DNA of 64,000 nucleotides from NCBI GenBank assembly GCA_002269645.1, contig NIVC01003175.1, positions 50,151-114,150 of the forward strand. The letters are read 5' to 3'. Below, piece after piece: positions 52,801 through 64,000 of the stretch. The notes beneath the pieces were generated by a model, which saw nothing but the letters and a program-made list of their open reading frames with translations, did not search any database and had not been told where the DNA came from. Source of the stretch: Macrostomum lignano (taxonomy: Eukaryota). The translations under genes were made by a program, and so were the position numbers. Each line of letters starts with the position of its first letter. Positions within the stretch are counted from its first letter, which is position 1.

Positions 52801-55800
52801 GCACAAGCTGTCGTTTTTTGTTCGAGCGGTCGATGATATGAAGCCGAGACTTCGAATCTGTAGCAACAGCAGCGCCTTTGGTGCGGTTGCCTCCGTAACA
52901 CGAAACAGTCATACTTCATTAGATGGGCATCAGTTGATTGCGACGGACAGTGATGCTGGGCCGGAGCGACTCGAACTGATACTGGTCAGAGGCCCTCGCT
53001 ATGGCCAACTAGTTCAAGAGGGGACGGTGTTGAAAGTCGGACAACGCTTCAATGTTAGCCGTGTTCGACAACGCAGCATCCAGTAAGTACTGTGCATGGT
53101 TGAAAACAAATTTAATGGTAGTTTGATCATTTTTAATAAAAGACCAAGACATGGAATTGAGTCATTGCTTAATTCGAAACAAACGCACCATGCTAATTCA
53201 AGCGAGACCGTTATGCCGAAACAACAGCATAGAATTAAAAACTCATCGTCTCCTAGTTTCCCAGCAATTCTGCAAGCCTTTGCGTGCGCTTTCCTTTCAC
53301 TGCTTGCCAAGTAGCTGAATTTCATTAGCTTGAATATTTCTTTCGCTATTCTCCAGTTGCCTCTCGGATTGCCCGCCCCAAAAATGAAGTATTCGAGGTA
53401 AGACGAGTGGCAGAAGAGATCACCTGCTGTCATGAGCCAAGTACGTCTCCTCAAGCCTCATGAGGCTTGTAGACAGTGGGAAAGAAAATATGAAAGCGGT
53501 CGCTATAGACCACTTGAGTAGGGACCACTTGAGCCAGGCACACTCAATGGTGCGCAAACACACTCAGAATTACTCAAGCTCAATCTGGTATGGCTCAAAT
53601 AATATCGTGGGAGGGGCGTGGACTGCTGGCAGACTTAAGTCTAAGCGAAGCTGACCCTGTTTGCCCAGTTGGGTCAGCTACTGTCGAGCAACTAAATTAT
53701 GAGGAAGGCAAAAAACGATTCACAGCAGAAATAGCATGTGCGCCTTGCTAAGGAGCAAACCTAAGAATTTGATGCCAAGCAGCGATAAAAATACTCAAAC
53801 CTTATTGAGTGGTTGCGTAACTATGTGATGCTAAATTAGGATCCACTGCACCAAGTGCTTGCTCTTCTGTTTTCTTTCGACCATAAAAATCCAGAAATAA
53901 TTAGCAGTCTGCTTCTTGTCCGTCAGATGCCGGTCTCAATAATAAAATCTAAGCAAAACTCTTAAGCAGCACTCAACTTGTCATTGCTTCAATCTCAGGT
54001 ATCGACATAACGGTTCAACTGTGAGTCAAGATTCCTTCTCCGTGCAAGCAACTGATGGCAAAAATTTCGGTCCAAACTGTACTATTAGCATCAACGTCAG
54101 CGAGCCACTGGAGCCAATGCCAGTACAAAATGCCCCATCTCAGCATCAACGAGAACAGGAGCAGCCGCAACTGGAGGAGACCAGCGAAACTGTGGCCGGG
54201 TTCGTCAACAACACGGTGCTCGTACCGGAAGGTGGTCAAGTTCGCTTGTCGCCTGAAATGCTGCCAAGGGCTATACAAGGTCGCGTCAGCGTCGGATCAA
54301 CAGCTTACCTGGTTGGGACACATCCAACCCGCGGTGAAATTGCCCTGGCTGGGGGCACCATTTCGACTAGCAGCGTCAGTCAGTTTAGTCACGAAGATCT
54401 CAGCTCTGGCCGGGTTATCTACCAACACACAGGCGGGGAAATCGGTCCCGATTCGGTGACGGACACTTGTCAACTGTACATATATAACAACGGCGAATGG
54501 CTAACGCACAGCTTGAACATATCGATTCTGCCTGTGGACAACAAGGGACCCATGGTGTCCGAGGGCATTCACCTGCTGGTACCGGAGGGCGGCCGCTCGG
54601 TACTTACTGGCAACCTGATCCGAGCGACTGATCCAGACACGCCGGCGGAAGATCTGCAGCTATCTGTGTCGCAGCCACCCCGATACGGGGAAATCCGATT
54701 GAAGCAGCCGTAAGATTAACTTTATCTCGTATTCCTTTCTTTCATATTGATCAATGGTTCTTAATTTGCGCTCTAAAATAATTTACAGCCATAGCGGGAG
54801 CGAGACTACGGTGCTCGAGTTCACCAAACGGCAGCTAACAGACGGCCACGTTTTCTTCGTTCATACGCAGCATTGCGGCGTTGAGCACACCAATGACACA
54901 TTTGGAATTCGCGCATCTGATGGTCGCCGAGACTCTACTTCTGTGCCCGTCAGGGTTGTTATCTACCCCGTGACAGATGAGCCACCGTGTCTTTTCCTGT
55001 CTGATTTCTCAATTCAAAAAGGTGAAACACGCATCCTCGACACTTTGATTCTGTCTGTGAGCGACGCCGACAAACCCGAAGAAGATATTAAACTGAAGAT
55101 CGTCGACCTGCCGGAAATTGGCACGCTGTACCGTCATTGGCTGAGCACAGAAACCGCTGAGCAGGTGACTTTGAATGCAAATCGTGACTTCACCATGAGC
55201 GAACTTGCAGGAAACATGAGCCTGGTTTATAAGCAGGATCAGGACGTGACCTCACTTTCTGATAGCTTTGTTATCGAGGCCAGGGACCCAGTGTATCGTG
55301 TAGTCCGAAAATGCCGCATCTCCATCATTACAACCAACGATTTACCGCCTAGGCTAGTAGAGCCAACAGACAGACTGCAACTAAGACCAGGAGAGACAGT
55401 GCCCGTAACCGAGCGCCACTTGCTAATTAGAGATCGAGATACGCCAAAGGATAACTTGACACTATCGCTTGTACAGCTTCCTAGCAGAGCTCAACTGCTT
55501 GTGGCTTCGACATTGCTGAGTTGGTCGCGGCACACCCGCTTGAATTTGACACCGCTTAGGCTCGGCGAGAAAATCACGCAACGGGATGTGCAACTCAACC
55601 GACTGTTTGTCCATGTGCCACCTCTCACTGGCAACTTAGAGGAAGGTAACTCAGGAGTTTCTGTTGAGCAAGCTCAGTTCGTCCCAGAAGATGGAAAATT
55701 CTCGGCTTCGTTGGCTCGCTTGGAAATTCAAGTTCTGCCTAGTTCTTCAAGTCCACATTCTCCGCTTCAGTTGATAACGAACCCGACTGAATTAGAGGTT

Positions 55801-58800
55801 GGATCAACTGTCAGCATAGCGGAGACTGATGTCAAGGTTCGCGTATTTGGTACGCAGCCTCCTTCAGCCAGTCTTCAGGCGATTCGTCCGAATGGCAGTT
55901 GCTGGAAGCTCTGTAAGAAAGGCGAACAAAATTCGTCGGCTGTGGCGACGGAGTTGCTAGCATCAGACATAGCGACTGGGCTTATAGTGTTTAATGCTAG
56001 TTGCTGTAGCGAACCGGTTGACATTTTGATACAACTCAATGCTGCTTGGGACAACCAAGTAGCTTCCAGCAGCTGGTTCGTTCGACTTCTACCCCTGTCT
56101 CCATCTGTGCCACCTCCTCGGCTTCTGAAATCGGTTCCATTGTCTCTCGCGGCTCATTCGGCGGCCAACATAGGACCAGAAAATTTATTGATGACGACCG
56201 GGCGCAGTGCTGTTACCACCCGTCCAGAACCGCACTACCGTTTGATTTCTTTGCCCAAGCATGGCATATTGGTGCACTCCAGATCCGTCGGCCTCAGACC
56301 TGACGACACCTTCAGCCAAACCGATTTGAATTCCAGCATGGTGGAATATCGAAGCACCAATGTTTCACCAAGCGGTCGAGATAGTTTCCTATTTGTAATC
56401 GACGACCCGGCAGTAATGCGACAGGCGACCGATCGAACCCATACGTTTAGCATCGTTGTTAGATCGCCTTCCAACAGTGGTGACGACAGTAATGTGACAA
56501 TTCTGCGCGCGGCATGTCCCAGCGAGTTGGCAGGATTCAGCGCCAGCGGAGCCGGCTTCCGGTTTGACAACCGGTCAATCCTGGCTGTGCCACAAACGGC
56601 GGTGTTCCGCGTCGCCGCCCAGCCAGCCCTCGGGCATCTTTGGCTGGGAGATTCGCCTGGTGCTGTTGGGTTCGCACAGACTGACATTAACTCCGGTCGT
56701 CTGACATACCGTTTCAATAATCCCCGTCGCAGTTCAGATGAGATCGAAGACGCATTCGAAATTGTTGCTAGCAACGGTCGAGATGGCCGACAAGTGTCAG
56801 ACAGAAAGCGAGTCCACCTGACCTGGTCAGTAGTGGGGTTCGAACAGCGTCGATATCGGATCCGCTGTCTCAGCTCGGGCACCCTCAAGCTAGACGTCTT
56901 TCGCAAAGGAGCCCTGAATCGGCCTGCTTTCGTACGCTTTGAAACGTCACCTGGCAGCCCAGACGACCGAGCCCACTTCTCCTTAATCTCCGGCAGCATA
57001 CTCAACTTCAATCCGGGTTAGTTTCTGCATGATGTAAAGATGCTGGAAAGTGAAACGAAAGTACTCAAAAAACAAATATTTAGAATTAATTTTAGTTGGA
57101 ACTAGCTCGTAATTATACGAATTATACGCAAACGATTTTATTAATGTATCAAAATTACGAGACTTTTAGAATTTTCTGCTGTTTCCCAACGAAAGACCTA
57201 ATATGTATGCATGATCCTGCGCAACAAAGTGAAGAGAGGACAGACTTACAATTCACACTCGGAATCAGATTCGCTTTAAATGAGTCGTGACCGGGACCGA
57301 AAAACTGTCCTTAAGAGAAGCAACTCTCTAGGCATGACGTAGGTCTGCGCAAGAGAAGTCTAACAAACACACACATCTCCATTTTTCATTCGGAACGCAT
57401 AGGCGAGAGAGCAGCTCAGATCAAAATCCATATTGCCCAACGACGCAACGACACCAAGCGCGCCAAGCTGCGCATCAGCCTCGTGTCGCCGGGCAACTGT
57501 CTAGTCGGCAGAAACTCCAGCACCGTTGTGGTTCTGCTGAATCCCAACAGCCGAAGGCGCAAAAGAATGGATGACGGCTGCGGCATCTCTAGCGATCGTT
57601 TTGAGCCGTCAAGATCAAATGATATGGCGCTGTTCAGACACTACCTGCAGTACTTTGCCAGGAACAGACAGGTGGGCGTTGACTTACCAAAAATGATTCC
57701 CAAAAATGTGTTCTTTTAAACCTTAACATAAACCACAGAGAGTTAATTATTTTAACAGCTCAGCGATCAGCCACAGGAGCCGCTCGGTCAGCCGCGGCCG
57801 CCCAAACCAGTCAAGCCGCTTCCAGTTAAACGACCAGTGGTGCCGACGGTGGCTGCGAACGGTGGCTCACTGGAAAGGTCGGAAGTTCTCGTGCCATCGG
57901 GTGAAGAGCTGAAACGGTTACACGAAGAGGAACTTCGAGGCAACCACAAAGATAGCAGAGGGGTAAGTCTATTTTAGTCTTCATGTAAACTTGGATGACT
58001 TACTAAAGCACCATCGTATTGGTAAACCTTGCACATGCAGTTTCCACGCTGCACAATCTACCTGAGCGGCGAGCAGCGATCGGATCCCGGCAGTGGGAGA
58101 AAGTACATCTGCAACGGAGCTCTATGGGTCACGCTTGAGAGTGTGCTAGCGAGTCAGACTGGCGGCAGTCCGGAGGTCCAGCAGCGGTATAGAGACAAGC
58201 CGATCTCTTGTCCGGCTGGTAAGGCTCTCTCCACCAATCAACCTTTCTTAATTAAACTTCTTCCGAACTTCGCTTCATAGCTTGGCATGTCCGCGTCTGG
58301 CGATAGCTTGATGTGCGATAAGTAAACAAAAATTTGTGTAGAAAGTAACTATGCTTGAATTGGCATTTCATCTCGTAAAATAAACAGCATCGACATGAAT
58401 GGGGAGCTTGCCTTGCAGTGTGGAACTGCATTGGCACGAGGCGCGCTATATCAGGGGGGGGGGGGGGGGCAAGTGCGACTAACTAACTGAAAAAGCAAGA
58501 AGCCTGTCTTCGGCTTCATTTTTCGGCATTCAATTCTTCAGTTTTGGTTCAAATTGCATCGTTAAAAAGCAACGACACTCAATTCATCGGCATAGCCTGC
58601 GGGAAGGGCAGAAGAGAGCGACAGACTTACAAAGCAAATAGCACGCAATTAGCCGCACGCTGAGGGGTTGGCGGTGGTGGCTCCCCCTGCTTTATGCGTT
58701 TCTCACTTTTTCTTTATAGGGCTTAATTACAAAACTAATAAGGTAGAGAGTGCCAGTGTTTTGTTGGTACCTGGCCAGTTCGTTTCAATAAAATACATCG

Positions 58801-60250
58801 TCTGCCGATTGTAAAAAATACTGTAAATATACTGCAAATTGTAAATACTGTAGCGCTGGGTTGCAGCTGAGAGCAGTAGAGTGTACCGGCCGCTTGTTTA
58901 TTATATTGCGACTGGGAGAACCCATAAACTGGGAGGCTGGCAAGCTTATTGTTGAGGGCTCTCAATAAATAATAATTCGTTGAATGGTTGTGAGCACTTT
59001 GGCGCAACACCTTTTGCACGTGGCATCGTCCCATCCCACTTGCCCCTGAGCAAATACAAGCGCGCCATGTACTGTACTAAGGCACGCACTGACTTTCAGG
59101 CAATGTACACTCTCTGTTCCCTGGAGGTTGGCCGCCCGTATGGATGTAAATCCCACGAAAGCTAACTAGGAGTCATGGCACGAGAGCCCCATAAACTACC
59201 CCCCCACACGACAGTTTTGATAAGCAGAGCAAAAGCTCCTCTTTTCTTCCTCTAATCTTCCCAACAGGCTGGACGGCAATGTCAGGCGTCTCCTGCGTGA
59301 AGTATTTCCGTAACCGCCTAACCGGAAGCGAGGCCAGGACCGAGTGCTCAAAATTTGGCGCCAGACTGGCCGAAATCCGAAGCTACAAAGAGCTGCGCTG
59401 GATCAAACAGCATCTGCGCAGTCGGAAGCGCTATTGGATTGGTGAGGCCTGTGCTTGAATGTCTGAAGTATTTAAATAGCACAGTACCAAGGACCACTGC
59501 AGTATAACGGAACGTAAAACTCAAAGATCGTGTAACTTTTGGAGGCCAATTTCCGAGTAAAAAATAAACTGCGTGGATAGGAAAAAATCGTTTAAGCAAT
59601 CGTTTAAGTTAGCATACAGAGAAATTTCGGTACGAAAACTGGGAAAACTTGCCAATGTCATTTATGATTGTTGCGAGTTTTGAATTTACGGTTTGTAATT
59701 TTTACAATCAATTTTTGGCAAAATTCTATTGAAAACTGACAAATATAATAGTTGAAAAATATTATAATTTGGAAAGTAGCATATAAAGTAAGTGATAAAC
59801 AAAATATAAGAAAACGAAGATGGTTTCAACTAACAAAATTTATCCGTAGTTCTTAAAAACTATTTTTACTTCTATTAAAAAATTCTTTGTTAACGATAGT
59901 TCGGTAACAGTAAATTCCATGAATCGGTTTTTCAATTGATCTCAGGGCTACACCGAGCCAGCAGCGGAGCCTGGCTTCAGCCCAGTGGTCAGCCGGCGGC
60001 CTACCAGCCCTGGTGGCCGAGATCCAGAAAAGCCGGCAACTGCGCTTTTGTCTTCCGCAATCGCTGGTTCAAGCCGGCCAACTGCCATCAAACTGCCAGC
60101 AGGCGTGGTCGACGCGGTCGACGCGGCCGTCGGCATTCGGGCGGACATCACTATCTGTGCCAGCTGCTCGTCCGTCTGAGAGGCACCCTGGCCGACCGAG
60201 GAGACTACTATAATTACTATATTAGAAACAGGCGGCGGGGAAAGGCTTAA
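49873..60250 (+). CDS. FREM1: FRAS1-related extracellular matrix protein 1-like (signal, NV-like region, CSPG/cadherin-like repeats, Calx-beta, C-terminal C-type lectin)
   Basis: Exons 49873-50139, 50778-53082 (one frameshift near 52330), 53999-54709, 54789-57016, 57403-57671, 57759-57961, about 58041-58218, 59268-59441 and 59946-60250. CKVEV...Q.VG...PK|VFDC.F...V.Y.H.G matches the FREM N-terminus. Repeated F(T/S)Q.D(I/L)..G.V.Y.H CSPG motifs. CPAGW...C...LAEI...YWIGL CTLD. All junctions are phase-consistent except 57961/58041. Confidence 0.8.
50186..50728. mobile_element. hAT-type foldback MITE in FREM1-like intron 1
   Basis: Ends CAGGGGTCAGCAAAC and CTCGCCGACCCCTG. Perfect 8-bp target duplication ATTTAAAG at 50178-50185 and 50729-50736. 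Long imperfect inverted arms, plus an extra internal right end GTTTGCCGATCCCTG at about 50438-50452. Confidence 0.85.
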
Positions 60251-61239
60251 TGCAGAGCTAAGCTATTCTTTTTGTATAGTACCGATCATGAGATTGGAAG
60301 ATCTCAAATATTCGTACGCTACTCATCCTACTCACAGTAAGCCATCGCATCTGCCTACACGTAGAGTAGCTAATAGTTCTAGATTACTGAACTGCTGAAA
60401 AACCATCTCAATGCACACAGGTGTGCATCCTTTTGCTCACAGTGTCAACTTTTTGTAGTAAATATCGCAAAACTCTATCATTATAAATGTACCTGTACAT
60501 TTAGACATGTAAAAGTACACAAGCCACGCTACCTCGAAACGTCATTAAGGAGTTATAGTACTTTTTTGCACTGCATAAATGTTTCCGCGTCAATGCCTTG
60601 CGTTCTTACTCCAGATTTGTAAAATGCTTAACTGTTTTACCAATGAACCTATCTAGGTGATTACTGATTACCCAAACCTTGAACTGTCTAGGTAAGTACC
60701 CAAACCTCTAAACACAAGAACCACTAGAAGTTACCGTTGTGTTTCTAGTGGTCCTTGCTTAAACCAGTATACTGTAGATATTCAACAGCACAATACTTGA
60801 CGCAAGACAACAGAGACTTAGAGAATAATACATTACAAGTAGCCTCGTAAACGTAGCAAGCCTTGTCCATGTCGGAGCGACACGTAAAATCTCCCCTATA
60901 CACAGAATGCAAAATTTTATCACTAAAACGCTCAATCCGCTTGTGCAGAGTTTAGTATCGGGCTTGCCTTTTCTATTGCAACATGGCCATGAAAAATTTA
61001 CAACTTTATTCAAGGCTTTATTATTCTCAAAATTTAAACTCCACCAGCATAGATGATGCCTCTTGACTAGGCAAGAAGATAAAAAAAGTTTATGACATCG
61101 GGGTGCTGTTGTTGTATGGCAGGCTCAGAAACTGCTACCGCAATTGACAATAAACAATATCGAAAAAATATTCGACGAAAAATAAGAATTATTATCATAA
61201 GCAAGCAATATTTTTCGCTGTTTTGCCATGTTTTGCGAC

Positions 61240-61998
61240 TCAGTCAAACGGTGACACGCACTGGCAGTAGCCTCCGCCTGAGTACTCATAGTTTGTAGGC
61301 AGGTCAAGCAAGCCTCCGTTAAGGTAGACCCCAGCTCTATCTTCCACACCTTCATGGTTGTTCGGCTCTCCGCTGCTCCACAGTGCAGCCGAGATGTTGA
61401 GACCGCAGCTGGCCCACTGCCAGCCTCCTGACGGCTCCGAGCTGCCCAGCAGCTGCCAGCCTCCCACGTAAACTGTGTTGACGGCCGCCACGCCAGCCAG
61501 TTGCTCGGCCGCCAGCTTTCCGACTTTGTCTCGCGCCGCTGCATCACTCAGCTCGGCCATGATGACGAGTCCAGCCTCCGCGTCGCACATCTCCTTGCAC
61601 CTGGTCCAGTTTCCCGCACAGCTCATGAACTTGTACTTGGTGCCGCACAGGTCGTCAGCGTAGCCAGCAGGACACAGGGCTCCCATCGGCAGTCCCGGCT
61701 GCTGCCTCACAAACAGCTGCGCTGTGCGATTGCAGCTGCAGTCTCTCACGTTCTTGCTGCACCTGTGAAACACGAACAGCTGGCACGGACCGTCGGACAT
61801 GCTGAACGCCTGGCAGTGCGCGACATTGGCGCAGAGCATCGAGCACGCCTTGAGGGTGGTGACCTCCGGGTGAGTTCGCACGAACTCGCTTCTCACACAG
61901 TTGAGAGCCGTGACAGCATGGAACTGAACTCTGCATTTGCTGCTGCAGATCAGAGGAGTCTGCGACAGAGCGACAATCAGGAAGCTGAGCAGCTTCAT
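61240..61998 (-). CDS. Secreted PAN/apple-like + C-type lectin domain protein, copy 2 (252 aa)
   Basis: Nearly identical to 422-1183; intact ORF. Confidence 0.85.
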   Translation of the reverse strand: MKLLSFLIVALSQTPLICSSKCRVQFHAVTALNCVRSEFVRTHPEVTTLKACSMLCANVAHCQAFSMSDGPCQLFVFHRCSKNVRDCSCNRTAQLFVRQQPGLPMGALCPAGYADDLCGTKYKFMSCAGNWTRCKEMCDAEAGLVIMAELSDAAARDKVGKLAAEQLAGVAAVNTVYVGGWQLLGSSEPSGGWQWASCGLNISAALWSSGEPNNHEGVEDRAGVYLNGGLLDLPTNYEYSGGGYCQCVSPFD

Positions 61999-62784
61999 CT
62001 TATCAGCTGATTAACTGAGTAGGGACCACAAACGTTCTGGGCTTGGGTAGCTTGGTTTGAGTGAGTTATCATCGCTTTATAGACGCCAGTCGACTGAGTA
62101 ACCAACCAATGGAATCAAGTCTCGACTCTGATACTACATGCAAGACTGATTTCTTCTAAATTTCAATTCATGCATCGAAACTGTCTACTTGTTTTGCTAG
62201 ATAGTAGTATGTAAAATGCTTGAAAAGTCTGGAATCTTAGTTTTCTTTATAAAAAACTTTGTCATGTGAGGCAGCTAGCAAAAATCATGGAACGTTCTTT
62301 CTTCTCTCGGAATGAGACGGAGCACAATGGTGTAACAAGCTGCTTCCATTAGCGTCAGTTACTCGTATCAGCACCACCCGCAGAGCTGATCAATATTCTC
62401 CTCTTGCTGTTGACTGACTGATGAGACAAAATGGATTACTGCGAGTGAAAAAATGTATAGGATCAGACTAAGCCTATAAAAAGACCATAAAAGCTGTTGT
62501 ACTAATGACAATTCTTACTGACTGTGGGTTAAAAATGGTAGCGCTTAATTAGGTAATGAGAATTTCGCTCACATTGGCCAGGAAGCTATAATAAATGATT
62601 AGTTGAGGAATTGGAAACTAAGCATTCTAGCGCGTCAACAAGACAAAGGGGAGCCGGGCCCCCTTCATAATCGCCCCCTATTAAAATTGCACTCCGCTTA
62701 AACCCAGGTAACCCAGCTCGATGAAAGACAGCAGCTCAACGTTTTTCAACTCTTGGGCGTGGCATCCACCAGACTGGAATACGG

Positions 62785-63897
62785 AGTAGGGGCGCCCACC
62801 TAAGAGACAGGGGCGCCCACCTAAGAGACAGGGGCGCCCACCTAAAAGACAGGGGCGTCCACCTAAGAGACAGGGGCGCCCACCTAAACACCTAAGAAAC
62901 AGGGGCTCCCACCTAACCACCTAAGAGACAGGGGCTCCCATCTAACCACCTAAGAGACAGGGGCTCCCATCTAACCACCTAAGAGACAGGGGCTCCCACC
63001 TAACCACCTAAGAGACAGGGGCTCCCATCTAACCACCTAAGAGACAGGGGCTCCCACCTAACCACCTAAGAGACAGGGGCTCCCATCTAACCACCTAAGA
63101 GACAGGGGCTCCCACCTAACCACCTAAGAGACAGGGGCTCCCATCTAACCACCTAAGAGACAGGGGCGCCCACCTAAGAGACAGGGGCTCCCACCTAACC
63201 ACCTAAGAGACAGGGGCTCCCATCTAACCACCTAAGAGCACCTAAGAGACAGGGGCTCACACCTAACCACCTAAGAGACAGGGGCTCCCATCTAACCACC
63301 TAAGAGACAGGGGCTCCCATCTAACCACCTAAGAGACAGGGGCGCCCACCTAAGAGACAGGGGCGCCCACCTAAGAGACAGGGGCTCCCATCTAACCACC
63401 TAAGAGACAGGGGCTCACACCTAACCACCTAAGAGACAGGGGCTCCCATCTAACCACCTAAGAGACAGGGGCTCCCATCTAACCACCTAAGAGACAGGGG
63501 CGCCCACCTAAGAGACAGGGCTCCCATCTAACCACCTAAGAGACAGGGGCTCACACCTAACCACCTAAGAGACAGGGGCTCCTATCTAACCACCTAAGAG
63601 ACAGGGGCTCCCATCTAACCACCTAAGAGACAGGGGCGCCCACCTAAGAGACAGGGGCTCCCATCTAACCACCTAAGAGACAGGGGCTCACACCTAACCA
63701 CCTAAGAGACAGGGGCTCCCATCTAACCACCTAAGAGACAGGGGCTCCCATCTAACCACCTAAGAGACAGGGGCTCACACCTAACCACCTAAGAGACAGG
63801 GGCTCCCATCTAACCACCTAAGAGACAGGGGCTCCCATCTAACCACCTAAGAGACAGGGCGCCCACCTAAGAGACAGGGGCGCCCACCTAACCACCT
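62785..63897. repeat. 20/29-bp minisatellite (CACCTAAGAGACAGGGGCTCCCATCTAAC)n
   Basis: Directly visible. Confidence 0.95.
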
Positions 63898-64000
63898 ACA
63901 TGTGAGAGGGGCTGCGTACGTCAACTCTGGTACACAGTATTCAAAGCTTGTAATTGTATAAAAGTCATAAATTGTTCAATTTACAATGCAGATATTGATT

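Overview
Eukaryotic (metazoan) genomic DNA. GC-rich intron-containing genes sit in AT-rich DNA full of minisatellites. The style suggests a repeat-rich invertebrate such as a Macrostomum-type flatworm, which is inference only. I rebuilt these genes by hand from GT-AG junctions. Minus strand: PAN/apple + C-type lectin (422-1183, with a near-identical copy at 61240-61998), an SLC32/VIAAT-like amino-acid transporter, PRPF38A, two tandem GLD-2/TENT2-like poly(A) polymerases, a CCDC102-like coiled-coil gene, an hnRNP L-like gene and a small secreted 6-Cys peptide. Plus strand: a large FREM1-like gene. Mobile DNA includes a decayed Crypton-like tyrosine-recombinase element inside a TENT2 intron, apparently preceded by a spliced chromodomain. 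It also includes a roughly 1 kb element in an (ATCT)n tract whose two direct repeats each carry a hammerhead-ribozyme-like motif, a tRNA-derived CORE-SINE, and Harbinger-type and hAT-type MITEs with target-site duplications. Most long ORFs in the supplied track are artefacts of tandem repeats. The strongest leads are the chromodomain + tyrosine-recombinase element, the paired hammerhead element (predicted 846-nt RNA), a HIND-like motif on an animal Prp38, and the defensin-like peptide. No searches or folding programs were run; all homology calls come from recalled family motifs.
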